A stretch of DNA of 64,000 nucleotides from Vicugna vicugna (taxonomy: Eukaryota): assembly GCA_013265495.1 (NCBI GenBank), contig MU057887.1, forward strand, positions 73,985 through 137,984. Direction: 5' to 3'. Each line of letters starts with the position of its first letter. Position 1 is the stretch's first letter. Under the pieces are notes generated by a model. It was not told the DNA's origin and ran no database searches. It saw nothing but the letters and a program-made list of their open reading frames with translations. A program made the translations under genes and the position numbers. Below, in pieces: positions 23,881-35,971 of the stretch.

Positions 23881-24788
23881 TCTCTCGCTGTCTTCAACCA
23901 TCATTTGACATTAACTTGGATAAATCTTGTTTCTTAATTGCTGGCAGCTCCTTCGGGAGCAATGTCTTTCATTCATTCATTCATCCACTGAGACATCATT
24001 TGTTCAGCAAGCACTCCCTAAAAACCTGCCGTGTGCTGCCCGTTGCTGCGGGTGCTGGGAGCACAGGGCTTCCCCCTGAGCAGCTCATGACTGGGTGGGC
24101 AAGACCAAGGCTGTCCCGTGGGTAGCCTCATTCTTCAGGCTTTGGCTCAAGTGAAACAGGAGGAGGTGGAGTTCCCTTTGAAGCTCTGGATGAGGGGAGG
24201 TGTTGAGGGGGGAAGCTGGATGAGACCTGGTGGGGGCAGCCACGTGGGACGGGGAGGGAGGGCTCTGTCTGATGGGTGGGCCTTGACTGCCCAGCTGGTG
24301 CAGACCTGGGCCTGGGCCTGGGCCCGGCCCCGGAGGACAGCCTTTCGTGCCCACGGTACTCCACGAGGCAAGGGAGTGAGGGTCGGGGCCCATTGACACA
24401 GCTGGCCCCACAGGACTGCCCGGAGCCCCTAGGAAGCCAGCTCATGGAAGGGGACACACGATGTCCCGAGAAGGGGCGTGCAGGGAACCCAGCCTCATTT
24501 AGCCACAGAGCCCTTTCCCACAGGCATCACCGTCTCTTGGACCACAGCAGCCACTGTGCGCAGCAGGCAGCCACGAGGACGTTAGAAGAGGAGAGGGGCG
24601 CAGAGGGCCCAGCTTGAGAGACGGCTGGGGAGGGAGGGCGCTGTGGGCATCGTCCTGGGGGCCAGGGCCCCCTGGGAACTGGGGGGGCGGGGCTGATCAT
24701 GGTGGCCTTTGAGCCAAGCCCGCTGGGCTAGGGAAGCAGGGGACAGGCTGTCCCATGACCCTCCTGCCTCCCTCCCTCCCTGTTGCAG

Positions 24789-24924
24789 GGGGTGCATGAG
24801 TCCCGGGGAGTGACCAAGGACTACCTGCGCCTGGAGTCACTGATCCAGAAGGTGGTGTCACCCTACCTGGGCACCTACGGCCTCTACTCCAGCGAGGGTT
24901 CGTTCACGCACTCCTGCATCCTGG
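24789..24924 (+). CDS. PRR5: PRR5 coding exon 7 (GVHESRGVTKDYLRLESLIQKVVSPYLGTYGLYSSEGSFTHSCIL), ends phase 1
   Basis: Long C/T tract + TGCAG acceptor; G|GTAGGG donor; 136 nt. Not in the ORF track; translated by hand. Confidence 0.96.
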
Positions 24925-25873
24925 GTAGGGGTCGCCTGGGTCTTGGGTGGGGAGCGGGCTGACCACTGGCCTCGTCCACCTCTTCCCCTGGGGCCCAGAC
25001 CTCCCAGTGAAAAGACGTGCAGAACCAGGATCCCAGCAGGATTTGCGTTTCAGCCACATAGCTAACCTGTCCAGAGCATCCTCCAGCTGTGCTGTGTGCT
25101 GGGCACTGGTCACACGGAGGTGGGTCACCTGGGATCCTTCCTTCAAAGGCTGAGGAGGACTCAGTGGGCAGACACCATAAGTGGTGTTGCAGTGACTCCC
25201 CTGAGAGCCCCGAGAGGCCCCGTCACCCCCAAGGAGCTCCCATCCATGCTCAGTCCTGAAACTTAGGAGTTTTCCAGGCAGAGGACACAGCACATGCAAA
25301 GGCCTGGAGCCCAAGAAATCCTGGCCTGTTTGGGGACTCATGGGGGCATGGATGGGTTGTGGGGTGGGCGTGGCCTGGCGTTTCCCCTTTACCAGATGGG
25401 CTTGGCCCCGTTGGCTCATTCGGGGCTGTAGACTGAGCACCTGCTGAGCGCCAGCCCCTCTTCTTGGTCCTGGGGCTTCAGCAGAGACCAAGCCCCACCT
25501 TCATGGGCTCTTGTTCCCCCCGGGAGGCAGGCTAATGGGTAAACCATCCCCAGGTGAGTGCCCGAGGTGACCCGTGCCCAGGTGACATGAGGGCCATGGG
25601 CAGGGAGGTCGGGGAAGGCCAGACTGGGAAGTGACCACTGAGCTGAAGGACAGGGAGGGCCCAGCCCGGGAAGAGGTGCATGAAGAGAACCAAGGGGACA
25701 GTGGCACAGGGGCTGGTCAGCGGTGTCCCCTCGTCCAGAGTGCCCACCCACCTCCGGTATAAACCTGCTCGGCACCGTGTCTCAGCTCCGGCGGGACCGC
25801 AGCACCTGGAGGAGAACTCGGAGCCTCTGCTCTGGTCCAGGAGCCGCCCCTGAGCCGCTCACCGTGCTCAGTC

Positions 25874-25890
25874 CTGCCACCTGGTGGTCA
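25874..25890 (-). promoter_or_regulatory. CTCF motif TGACCACCAGGTGGCAG
   Basis: Reverse complement of CTGCCACCTGGTGGTCA; fits CCASYAGRKGGCRS fully. Confidence 0.6.
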
Positions 25891-26470
25891 CTTTGCAGAA
25901 CTGCAGGGCCCTGAGTGGGAGCCTGAGACCTGCCCTTTACTATTCTCTCCTCCCCACCCCTGACCCCCCAACCCCCTGAGAGCTCCCAGCGCACTCAGGA
26001 TAAACCCCAGCCCCGACCTCAGGTGGCGCCCCGTCCGGGCACTTAGCACTGCCTGACCCGTGCCCACCCAGAGGGATATCTAGGCCCCCATACCTAGCGA
26101 AGTGCTGGCGCCTGGCAGGTGCTGAGACTGGCGACTTCCCACAGGTGGGGCACTTAGCAGGCACACAGGTTACGGGCGGGCATGGTGCACCTTTGAACCC
26201 AGCGGTTGACGAGGCCCCGCACCCCGGCCCGTCCAGGCTGAGACGAGATCACTTACAGGGGTGGAAGCACCGACTCCCCTCGCCCGGCCACTCCGCCCCG
26301 GCAGGGTCTGCACCAGTCGGGCTGTTGCCTGTAGTGGACCTTTTGTGCAGAGCCAGGCGCGCAGCAGATGCACGCAGTAGGTGCTCCCTAGTATCTGGCC
26401 AGAGGGAGGGCCTGGAGCAGGCAGTGCCCGGAGTGGCCCGTGCCTGACGCCGCCACCTGTCTCTCTGCAG

Positions 26471-26946
26471 AGAAGCACTTCCTGCGCCGCTCCCGCTCGG
26501 GGGACGTCCTGGCCAAGAACCCGGTGGTGCGCTCCAAGAGCTACAACACGCCACTGCTGAACCCCGTGGCCGAGCACGAGGCCGAGGGCGCGGCGGCCGG
26601 CGGTGCCGGCATCCGCAGGCACTCCGTCTCCGAGATGACGTCCTGCCCCGAGCCCCAGGGCTTCGCCGACACGCCCGGCCAGGGCCCCGCTGGGACCTTC
26701 AGATCCTCCCCGGCCCCCCAGTCGGGGCCCTGCCCCAGCAGACTGTATCCGCCAGCCCAGTCCCCCGAGCCCGGCCGAGGCCCAGCCCGCGGCTCCCCAG
26801 CCTCCTCCAGCCCCGAGAACCTGGTGGACCAGATCCTGGAATCTGTCGACTCAGATTCGGAAGGGATCTTCATTGACTTTGGCCGGGGCGCTGGCTCTGG
26901 CACGTCTGAGTTTGAGGGGGCCGGGGGCCGGCAGAGCATCGTGTGA
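26471..26946 (+). CDS. PRR5: PRR5 terminal coding exon 8 (EKHFLRRSRSGDVLAKNPVVRSKSYN...GGRQSIV*)
   Basis: CTCTCTGCAG acceptor; the frame of ORF 26440..26946 matches the recalled PRR5 proline-rich C-terminus; TGA at 26944-26946; exon lengths sum to 1170 nt. Confidence 0.97.
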
Positions 26947-27398
26947 GCGCCTCGTGTTTTACTGACCCCATGTGTCTGGTGCGTGAGTGCGGGAGTTTTC
27001 TACTCTGTCCCATCCTGTCCCCCGTGGGCCTCAGCCACCTGGGCATGCCTGAGCCTTTGTGGGAAAAACCGTCGCTGCCCCGGGTCCAGCACCACTGTGT
27101 CCTGGGGCGTCTGCGTGCGGGGCTCGCTAGGTGCCTGGGGCAGCCTTGTGTGTGTGGAGCTGCCATAGCCGTCCCACCACCCTTGCCCGCCCCAGCCCTC
27201 CGATGTCCACACCTTGGAGACTGTGAATCCCTCAGCTTGGCCAGGCCCCCAGAGTGATGGGGTCGGTAGCAGACTGGCCTCTTCCCTCCTAACTCACCTC
27301 AGGCCACAGTGTGACCTCCTGTGCGTGACTCTGTCCCAGACTCTCTGAGCGCCGTGTCTTCTCTTTGCCCAAGGTGGCCGTGGGCAGAGAGCAGGTGG

Positions 27399-27404
27399 AA
27401 TAAA
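27399..27404 (+). terminator. PRR5: PRR5 polyadenylation signal AATAAA
   Basis: First AATAAA after the stop codon, ~450 nt downstream, in otherwise GC-rich sequence. Confidence 0.8.
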
Positions 27405-30400
27405 ACTTGTCTACCTGGCCCCCAAGCTGTGTCTGCGATGCCAGGCCCCAAGGACATCCTCCCAGGGTCCTCACCCTCACGGGGGCCTCCCCTCCCCCAG
27501 AGGGGGTAGGTTCCCAGGGCCAGTTCTGGGCTTCTGGCAGGAGCCTTCTGGGCTAGGTGGGGGACCCCAGACCCCCTTCCAAGTGCTCCCCTCTCGTGGA
27601 GTTAATATTCTGTTGGAGGTGGGGAGGGGACGCCCTCTGAGCAGTAAAGGACAGACCCAGGGCGGGTGAGCAGCGTGACGGGGTGCTGGAGCCAGGTGGT
27701 CGGGGGAGGGAGGTGGACGCCCGGCGGGAAGCATCAGCCCCCAGTGCTCTGCAGGGCGAGTTGTCTGCGTGGACGAGGTTCTCCCGTCTCATGGGAGGAA
27801 CGGGCCAGGAGCCCCGGCTCCAGCCCTGGGTGGGGTGTGGGGGCGGCAGGGTGGGAGCTCCTTCCTGTGGTCTGTGATGGGGAAACATACTGACTGCACA
27901 GGGCCTCATGACCGCTCAGCGTTCAGAAGGTGCCCTGGAACAGTGTCCTGGAGAGAAGTAACCCCAGCCTCAGAGGAACCAGGTTTGGGGGGTGGGGACA
28001 AAGCCAGAAGTCTGTCCCTGGTCTGAGAATCAACAAGAATGCTGCCACTCAGCTCGGCTGGTGGGGCTGAGATCCCTGACCCGCCCCCCCGTTCCCCTGC
28101 TCCCTTATGGAACCCAGGGAGGCCTGGGGCCAGCTCACCCTGGGAGGGTGACGGGGGAGGTGGGGAGCATTATCAGCAGGGTCCCCTTAAGGCAGAAGGA
28201 CCAGACAAAGGGTGGAAGTTGTGGCGGGGACCTGGCTAGCTGGGCTCTGCCTGCACCGAGGGGCTGGGCCCTGTTCTGCCCTCACCTTCAGATATTGGGG
28301 CTCCATTATGAAGGTCTGAGCATCCCAGGCCCCTGTGGGCTGCTGGGCCTGGCCTGATCCCTGGGGACTCTGGTGGCACCTGCTGGCACATAGGCCCAGG
28401 ACCAGGTGTGACCATTGTCCATGGGGCCCCTGAGCTCTGACAAATCCCTCCACCCTGGGGTGAAAGGAGGCCCCAGACACCAGCCAGCTGTGCCTCGCCT
28501 GCCATGGGGAGACTGCAGCCCAGGGAGGGTGGGTGCTGAGCCCGGGTCCCACAGCAGCTCTGGACACTCATTTGGGGCTTCTAGCTGGGGCTGCCCCTGC
28601 TCCCCAGAAAGGGGCAGACCCCTGAGGTGGGCCGAGCTTGTCCATGTGTTATACCCAACCTTGTCTGAAAAATGTTTGAGGTGATCTACATCAAAACGTT
28701 AAAATTGGTATATCATAAATGAAAAATCAGGACTAGGGAACACACAAATTAAGATAGAAGGCCAGCTACTCCTGGTCTCCTGGTCCACAGAAGCTTTCAC
28801 ATACAGCCATATGGGCCTTGGTGGAAGATGAAACCCAGGTGTTCCTCCAAGAACCAAACCTTACAGTGACGGTCACATCACTGACCATGTCTTCCTTTGG
28901 CCGCCAGGGAGCTCAGGCCAAGCCCCAAGCTAGCTGTGGTCAATGCCAACCTATGGCCCTATGTCTGCCCCACCAGCCTGCCTGCCTTCCACCCCCAAGG
29001 CATGGTCTCCTCTCCCCACCCTACACCCCACCTCCTGATTCTGCACCTAATCGCTTCATAGCGCTTGTCACTCTGAAATCCAGGGGTGGAAACAGGGATC
29101 GTGGGGTCAGAATCGCATACAGCGCAGTTTGCATTAAGGGCAGAGTGGAAAGAGACTGGAGAAACTCCCACATCTGCAAATTTACATCTGAACACGGGGC
29201 CGGGGGTCGTGGAGTGACTGGAGCAAGAGGAGCCCAGGGGTTTTAGCTTCATGAGCTCAGGAGAGACTTCCCCCCCTAGAGAAATGAGTTTGTTGTTAGC
29301 TTGTCTCCCCAGCCAGAAGGCAGCCCCGCGCGGCCAGGAGGCTCACCCGCCCCGCTCCCCCCGAGTCCTGGGCCACAGGCCAGTGCCAGCACGTGTTGGC
29401 TATTGGTTAACTAAGGGCTGGTGTGGCCTGGGCTTCAGCCGGGGAATCCTCAGTGGAACGTTGCGTGTGCATCTCCAGGGCTGGGGTTCCAAGGACCGGC
29501 TCACTGTTTTTGTCTTTTGTTGGTTTATTTGTTGTAGATTTTCCAGGGTGACCTCTCACCCCCTCACCTCTCAAATGCAGAGTCTCCGGCTGGCCCGCAC
29601 CTGCTGCTGCTGGATCTGCATCCCGGCCAGACCCGGGGGTCCACGGGCTGTGATCTGCTCCACACACCGGCTACGCTTGGGTTCCGAGGCGGCTGCTCCG
29701 AGGGTTGTCTGGACGGAAAGTCCCGCAGGCTAGTCAGTCAACAGCACTGCAGGCAAAACACACCAAAAAGCAGATGGTGGCTCACCTGCCCGTCCGTCCA
29801 GCCGCCTGCAGTGGGGGTGCTCGCGGTGAAACTCACATCCCCCGCCTCTGCTGGTACCAGGCCGAGGGCTGCTCACCCCGCGGGCTGGTCTTCATCCGAG
29901 GACAGCCGACCCTCACTCCGAGGTCAGGGCGTGAGCACAGAGCTGGTGATCTTATCTGCGGGCAGCTCAGAGAATCTGAGGAGCTGCGGTCCAGACCCCG
30001 CAGCCCACCCACCTCTAGGGGCAGGAGGGACTCCAGATTCCCCTCCCCTGGGGTCACGTAAGCCGTATAGTGTCTGCTGGCTAGTTGTACCAGGCACTGT
30101 GTGGTCCCATTGGTGAGGCTGCTGGCTGCCCCTTCCCACCGGAGGAGCTGGGACTCAGCCAGTTCAGTGTCCCCGGAGGCCTCCTCACCCTCCTGCCTGT
30201 GCCCACCACCCCCGCCTGCCTAGGCTGCCTCTCTCCCCAGTCACAACAACGGCGTCCACGCCTGGCTCCTCCCGCAGGTCAGCACTACAGGCAAGAGCTC
30301 CCCTCCCACTGCCCCTGCCTCGGGGGCCAGGGCGCGCTCTGCAGCCTGGATGGAAGGCCCTTATCAGGGAGGGCCTGTTGGCCTCCCCTACCTGGCTGCC

Positions 30401-32199
30401 CCTACACACCATGCACATGCATGCACACCCACACGCTTGTGCACACGGCACATAGCTCACCTCCCAGAGGCCCTTTTCTGCTTCGTACCTGCTCCTGCCG
30501 ATCCTTGAAGGTTCTCCCGACCAGCCGGCTGCCTGGCAAACACTCACTCAGGGTCCCCGACTGCAAAGTGCTCCCTGGTTTCCCTGCAGGGAGACTCAGC
30601 TGTGCTGTCCTGACCCCCTCCCCTCTGAACCGAGGGCCTGTCAGGTTCCCATGGCACCCTTGGGGCCCAGGAGACAGGAGGGTTAAATGAGACTTCCCTC
30701 CTGGAAGAGGACACAGGGCAGGGACAGCGGGTGACCGCAGCTTAGGACCCAAAGCCGGAGCAGTCCCTGCCTCGCCTCGCATTCTCCATAAATGGCCAGT
30801 GCGCCAGCTGGCAGTGGGGGTCAACAGGCCATCCTTGGGGGGCCCTGCTGGTGAGAGCTTCGCCTCCCCTCACCCAGCAAACATGCTTGTCACTCTCATT
30901 AGACACCGGTAGCCCTCTCAAGATCCTGCTCCGTCCACGCAGAGCAGAGAGAATTCTCTCTGTCTCTGTCTCTGTCTCCTGACAACGGTGCCCCTAAAGC
31001 CATCCAGGGCCCCCACCCCCTCAGCGTCTTTTTTTGCAGAAAAGTCCAGCTCTGTCCCTTTGGTCTTAAACTTTCATATCCAGGCCTGGAGGAGGCTATC
31101 ATATCCTTCTTAACAAACAAAAGCCCTTTCAACCACCAGGCTCCACCTGCTTTCGAAGGCAAGAGAACTGTGTGTGGGAGGTCGCTTCTGGGACGGAGGA
31201 AGGAATTATTTCCTGCCCCACCGGTACCGGCCTGCTGTTGCTCCGGGCCAGCACCTGGCCACAGAGTCCCCCTTCGTCACCTCCTCTAACCCCTTCTCCC
31301 CAGAGCTAGCTGCTACCATCAGTCCTATTTCACAGATGACAAGACTGAGGCCCCACCGCTGTGAGAGGTGAAGCTGGACTCTGTCCCAGCCCTGTCCGAC
31401 AGCAGGACTCTCGTTCTGAGCTTCACTCTGACCGCTGTTGGCCCTCTGGCCTGAGAGCATCCGGAGGCTGGAGTACCTGGGACTTGTGGCTGGGACCTGT
31501 ACTCAGAGGGTGCCCGCAGGTGTCTGCTGGATGAACTGAATCTCAGAGGAGCCTTTCAGAAGAGGCAGAAGAAAGATCAGGCTGGATGTAGCTTACGTTT
31601 TTTCCCTTGAAAAAGATAAACCAAAATCATGTAATATTCTTAACTCCCCCCGCCCCCTTCTCTCAGCTACGATTTCCTTTCTCTGACCCCAGACTTCAGC
31701 TCCAGATGGCACTGATGTGCTCTGTGGCTTCATTCTTGGATGGGAAATGGTACAAACGCAGGTTACACGTGGGTGTGGGGGCAGGGGACATACTGGCAGT
31801 AGCTGGTGTGTCCTAGAAGCACTGCAGGGTGCACCTTTGGCATGTCCCTACGTCTGCCCGCAGTCCTTGGACTGCCACCTGCCCCTGAACGGCTATCAGA
31901 GAATGTCTCTCCATGCCCCAGGGTCCCCACTTCCTTCCCAGCACCCCAAGGGGCTTCCTCAGTGCTGGGGATCCATCCTGGGTGCTGGTGTTAGGGGGCT
32001 GTCTGTCCCCCGGGCCTCACTCAGCATCTGGGAGAACTTCTGGGGCCGCTCGCTGTCTGCCACCCCTGCCCCAGCCTGGTTAGCCAGCCCCTTGTCCCTG
32101 GCATTGCCTGTGGGTGGGCTCAGTCCCCTGTCCCTCCCCAGGCCCCCTACATCTTGTGAACAACAGGGATCCTTTGGGCAGACAGAGAAAAGTGGGAAC

Positions 32200-32674
32200 C
32201 TCTGGACTGATACGAAATCACGCATTTTGGGGGTGACAAGTGGCCTGGAGGCCAACAAAGAAAGATGGGAAAAGGTGGGGATCTCCCGTGTCCGAATGTA
32301 ACTTTTGCTCTCTATGCCTTCATTTCAATAAAATCAGCCTTGCAGATCAGAAGTACCCGTCAGGCACCGATGCCATGACCCTTCCCATCCAGACTCAATA
32401 AGGACAAAAATCCCTCCTCCCCTCGGGAAGGTGGAGCTGGGTGATCAGGGAATAGGACCCCGAACCCTTCCCTCCCCAGTGAGTATTCTGCACATTCATT
32501 TTTACACCCCGTGTAACCAACTTGCCAAAGAGACTCAGGGCAGCTGCTCCCCTGAGCCTGCCCGCTCTCCCCTTGGGAGCGTGCTCTCCAACACTCAATA
32601 AATCTTCACTCTGCTTTCTGGGCCTCCGTGTCTCTTCTCAGGGACAAGGGACAGGAACCTAATCACCGGCAACA
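32200..32674 (+). mobile_element. Probable solo ERV LTR
   Basis: LTR-like R/U5 layout (TGTAACCAACTT...GCTCTCC...CTCAATAAATCTTCACTCTG...) ending in CAACA; family not identified; 5' boundary uncertain. Confidence 0.5.
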
Positions 32675-34447
32675 GTTCCCGTCACTCAAACTTCTATCAG
32701 CACCGACAGCAGCCCCGTCCCAGGTATTTAACCTTGCAGCCACTGCAGCTCCCTCGTCTCCCCCCACTCCTGAGCTGCCCGTCTAGGCTGCCCTTTCTTG
32801 CATAATAAATTTCAGGGCCGCCTCCTCCCTTACAGTATAGGTCCCAGTGGCGTGCCTGGTCACCGTCTGGGCCCTGGGTTTATTCTGGGTAAACCCGCGG
32901 TCTGGCCCCCCGGGGCAGAGAGACTGGGAAGGTGGGGAATCCCAGTAGAGCAAGGGCATTTGAAAGGTGCAGGGTGTCAGAGGACACAACCACGTTCCAC
33001 CCTGACGTCAAAAAGGCATCAAGAACATGACCTGCTCAGCTGCAAGTCAAAAGGGTTTCAACAGTCAGGTCCAAACAACCCAGAAGACGTGGTGGAGCGT
33101 GCACACGGGTTCGACTCGGCTGGCAGTCAGTGCTAGCGACCAGATGCACTTGCTCTGAACTACGGGCCAGCGCACAGGATAGGAGGCCAGGGCGTCAGGA
33201 AATGCGGCCGGGGTTCCTGGCTTGGCTACACAGCCACCAAGAAAGCCTCCTACCTCACTGGGTCTCAGGCCCGGGCCCATAAGGGAGAGAGTTGGAACGT
33301 GGCCCTCCTGCCCGTGCCCACGCTTAGCAGGAAAACCTTAGTTTCATGGTTTTAATAAAATTCAAAGCAGACCAAATCTTGGCTCCAGCAGCTGGCAGGG
33401 AGAGTTAATTTGGGAGAAGACAAATGAGAAGCCCAAGGCTGGATGGGCTGTGGGGGCGGGTCTTTATTTCCTCCTTTCTTCGCGCTCCCATCCCCCAGTG
33501 CTTATTAACGTGGAATTTGCTGCTTGGGGGAGAAGCAACTCTCCGACTTCATAAACATTTGCACGGAGCAAATTTAATAAAGCCGGGAATAATACCATTC
33601 AGATGTAATTCCTTCATTTTGCATTATTATTCTTGCTTTGCTACCGCAAAGCGCTTGAAATGCAAGGAGTTATTGTTACAGCAACAAAAGGAAATGACTG
33701 ACTGGTGGGTTACTGATTAGACGTGCTTGGGGAAAAACAGAAGAAAGTCCCTAAAAGGGAGCCGGCCTGGGTCTCACAGTTCCTTTTTAACTTTTTTTCC
33801 TTTTATTATGAATGGCAGGATACACCTGCAATTTTTTCCCCTACAATCATTCTGTATTATTGCTTTATTTGTACCTATTTTAATACCACTAAGCTATGGT
33901 CATGGAATTTGTATGAGATTTTCGCAAAACACAAATGCGAGGAGGGTGGCCTTCCCCTGACATCTTGTAGTACCTTGAAATTAACGCTGTCAGCCGCAGA
34001 CCAACCGGGGGCTGTTTTATTTCTGTTCAAAGTCAATTTTTGAAACAGAAAACCTGCAAATTGTCCGGCTTTCATGAGACTGATCTTACACTGGGAATAA
34101 AAAAAGATGTTTACATTCCAGAAAAGGAAAAGAGAACCCAGCACAAAGCACTAGACAAACCCAGCCAGTGTGTGAGTCACCGGCATGAGTTTTGTCCTAG
34201 AAATAGGCCCCCTTCCTGATCCAGCCTCGGGCTCAGATCTGCGGGGCTTAGAGGTCAGACAGTTCCGTCCGCTTTCTCACCACCCATGTCCTTCGGGATC
34301 AAGGAAAGTTCAGATACTAATAAGTTGCAAGGGTGCTGTGTGAGGTGAACAGGCCCACGTGCTAGGATGGTTACAAATTCTTTGCACAGAAAAAGGCAAC
34401 TGCATGGGTGACGATAGGGAGAAACTGAGGCCATTCATACACTCGTA

Positions 34448-34582
34448 TTTTTTGTTTTTTGGGTTTTTTTTCAGGGGGCGGTAATCAGGTTTATTTATTT
34501 TAATAGGGACACTGGAGATTGAACCCAGGACCTCATGCATGCTAAGCACACGCTCTATTACTGAGCTACACCCTCCACTCCC
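34448..34582 (-). mobile_element. tRNA-derived SINE, Vic-1-like (camelid)
   Basis: Minus strand reads GGAGGGTGTAGCTCAGTAATAGAGCGTGTGCTTAGCATGCATGAGGTCCTGGGTTCAATCTCCAG (A/B boxes, tRNA-Ala-like), followed by an A-rich tail. Confidence 0.85.
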
Positions 34583-35922
34583 ATTCATTCATATTAACTG
34601 GGGACAGTGGCTACTCAATACTGGGCACAGGGCTAGGCTCTGGGGATACCTCAGTGAGCAATAGTCTCCTGGTGCTGGCCTGAAGTAGAAGGGTGACAAC
34701 TAATGTTTAGTGCCAGGCAGTGGTCCCCATTCATACTAAACCATATTCATTTATTTCATGGTCACCATTAGCACAACTGGTGTGAAGCTGACTGTCTTGA
34801 CTATGGGCTCACTACGGCCCCCTGAAGGCCTGCATGACTGGCTTAGGCCCAGTTACTTCCAGAGCTTGAACCAGCTGCTGGAGCAGTGGAGCGGTATTAC
34901 ACCGACTGGCCTGTGCAATCAGACCTCATCTCTAGAAATGGGGAGAGGCCAATACATCTGACTGTCCTAGCTGCTGTACACTGGCCACCAGGGACCACAG
35001 AGCCTGCCACACATGACCTCAGAGCTGACAGCAGCCACACCACCCACCACGCAAGGCAGCCCGGGATTGTGGGGCTGTTCTCACCCCCACCCTCCCCCCC
35101 ACCCCGAGCAGGGGGAGAAGGGGGAGGGGCACTTGAGCAGGGACAAGACAGGATCTCAGGAAAGGATTCCCCTCGCTGCTGTGTTGACACAGATGGAAGG
35201 GGGCGAGGGCAGAAGCAAGGAGATGGCTTCGGAGGCTGCTGCACTGAGCCACGAGAGATGTTGGCCTGGACCGCGTGGGCCAGTGCGGGTGGAGAAAGTG
35301 GAGGCATTGTGACACATTTTGAAGGAAGAGCTATCACGCTTGCGGAGCACTGAGGGACCACGTACGGGTGTGAGAGAATGGGGGAGTCAAGGATGGCCCT
35401 GCAGGCTTGGATGGGGCTGGTGGAGATGGACATGGGAAGCCCAGGAGAAGAGCCGACGTTGAAGTGCAGACCTTGAGCTGCCTGCCGAGATCTCCCCGTG
35501 GAGACAGCAGGTGGGCAGTCGGAGGCAGGGGTCTGGAGTCAGGAGACATTAGCTGGGTACCATCAGGGCATAGGCTGTATTGAAAGCAGGAGGCTGGGGA
35601 GTGATTACAGAAGGGAAGAGGTGCAGTCCCAGCCCTGGAACGTGTCCTTCAGAAACCAGGGAGATGGGGGGAGACTGAGAGCTGCACCAGAGAGGGGGGC
35701 GTGATTGACAAGGGGTCTGATGGAAATCCACCCTTAGAACCCCACTTCCTGAGCAGCTCTCCGGATTGGAATGTGACCATATCGGAGGACCCGCCATCTG
35801 CTTGCCTGGGGCTCGGGGCAGTCAATGGCACCTCCAAGGGTAACTGGGCCCCAGCCAGGGCCTTCCTGATTATATGACCCCTGCCTCAGGGCTGGGGCAG
35901 TGACTGCGCACACGCGCAGAAA

Positions 35923-35971
35923 TGCAGCACCGGCCCCGAATGACCCCGGGTCATTCGGGGCCGGTGCTGCA
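35923..35971. repeat. Perfect inverted repeat, 24-bp arms, 1-nt spacer
   Basis: TGCAGCACCGGCCCCGAATGACCC-C-GGGTCATTCGGGGCCGGTGCTGCA, checked base by base. Confidence 0.98.

Noticed and set aside
32697..32712. REST/RE1-like TCAGCACC-GACAGC
   Set aside because: Spacer and right half-site do not fit canonical RE1 geometry.
34505..34576. tRNA-Ala-like sequences at the four SINE heads
   Set aside because: Stems degenerate, followed by A-rich tails and in some cases TSDs; SINEs rather than tRNA genes.
35923..35971. Palindrome as a pre-miRNA or estrogen response element
   Set aside because: A perfect stem with a minimal loop is not pre-miRNA-like; the half-sites are everted (TGACC-n3-GGTCA), not the ERE orientation.
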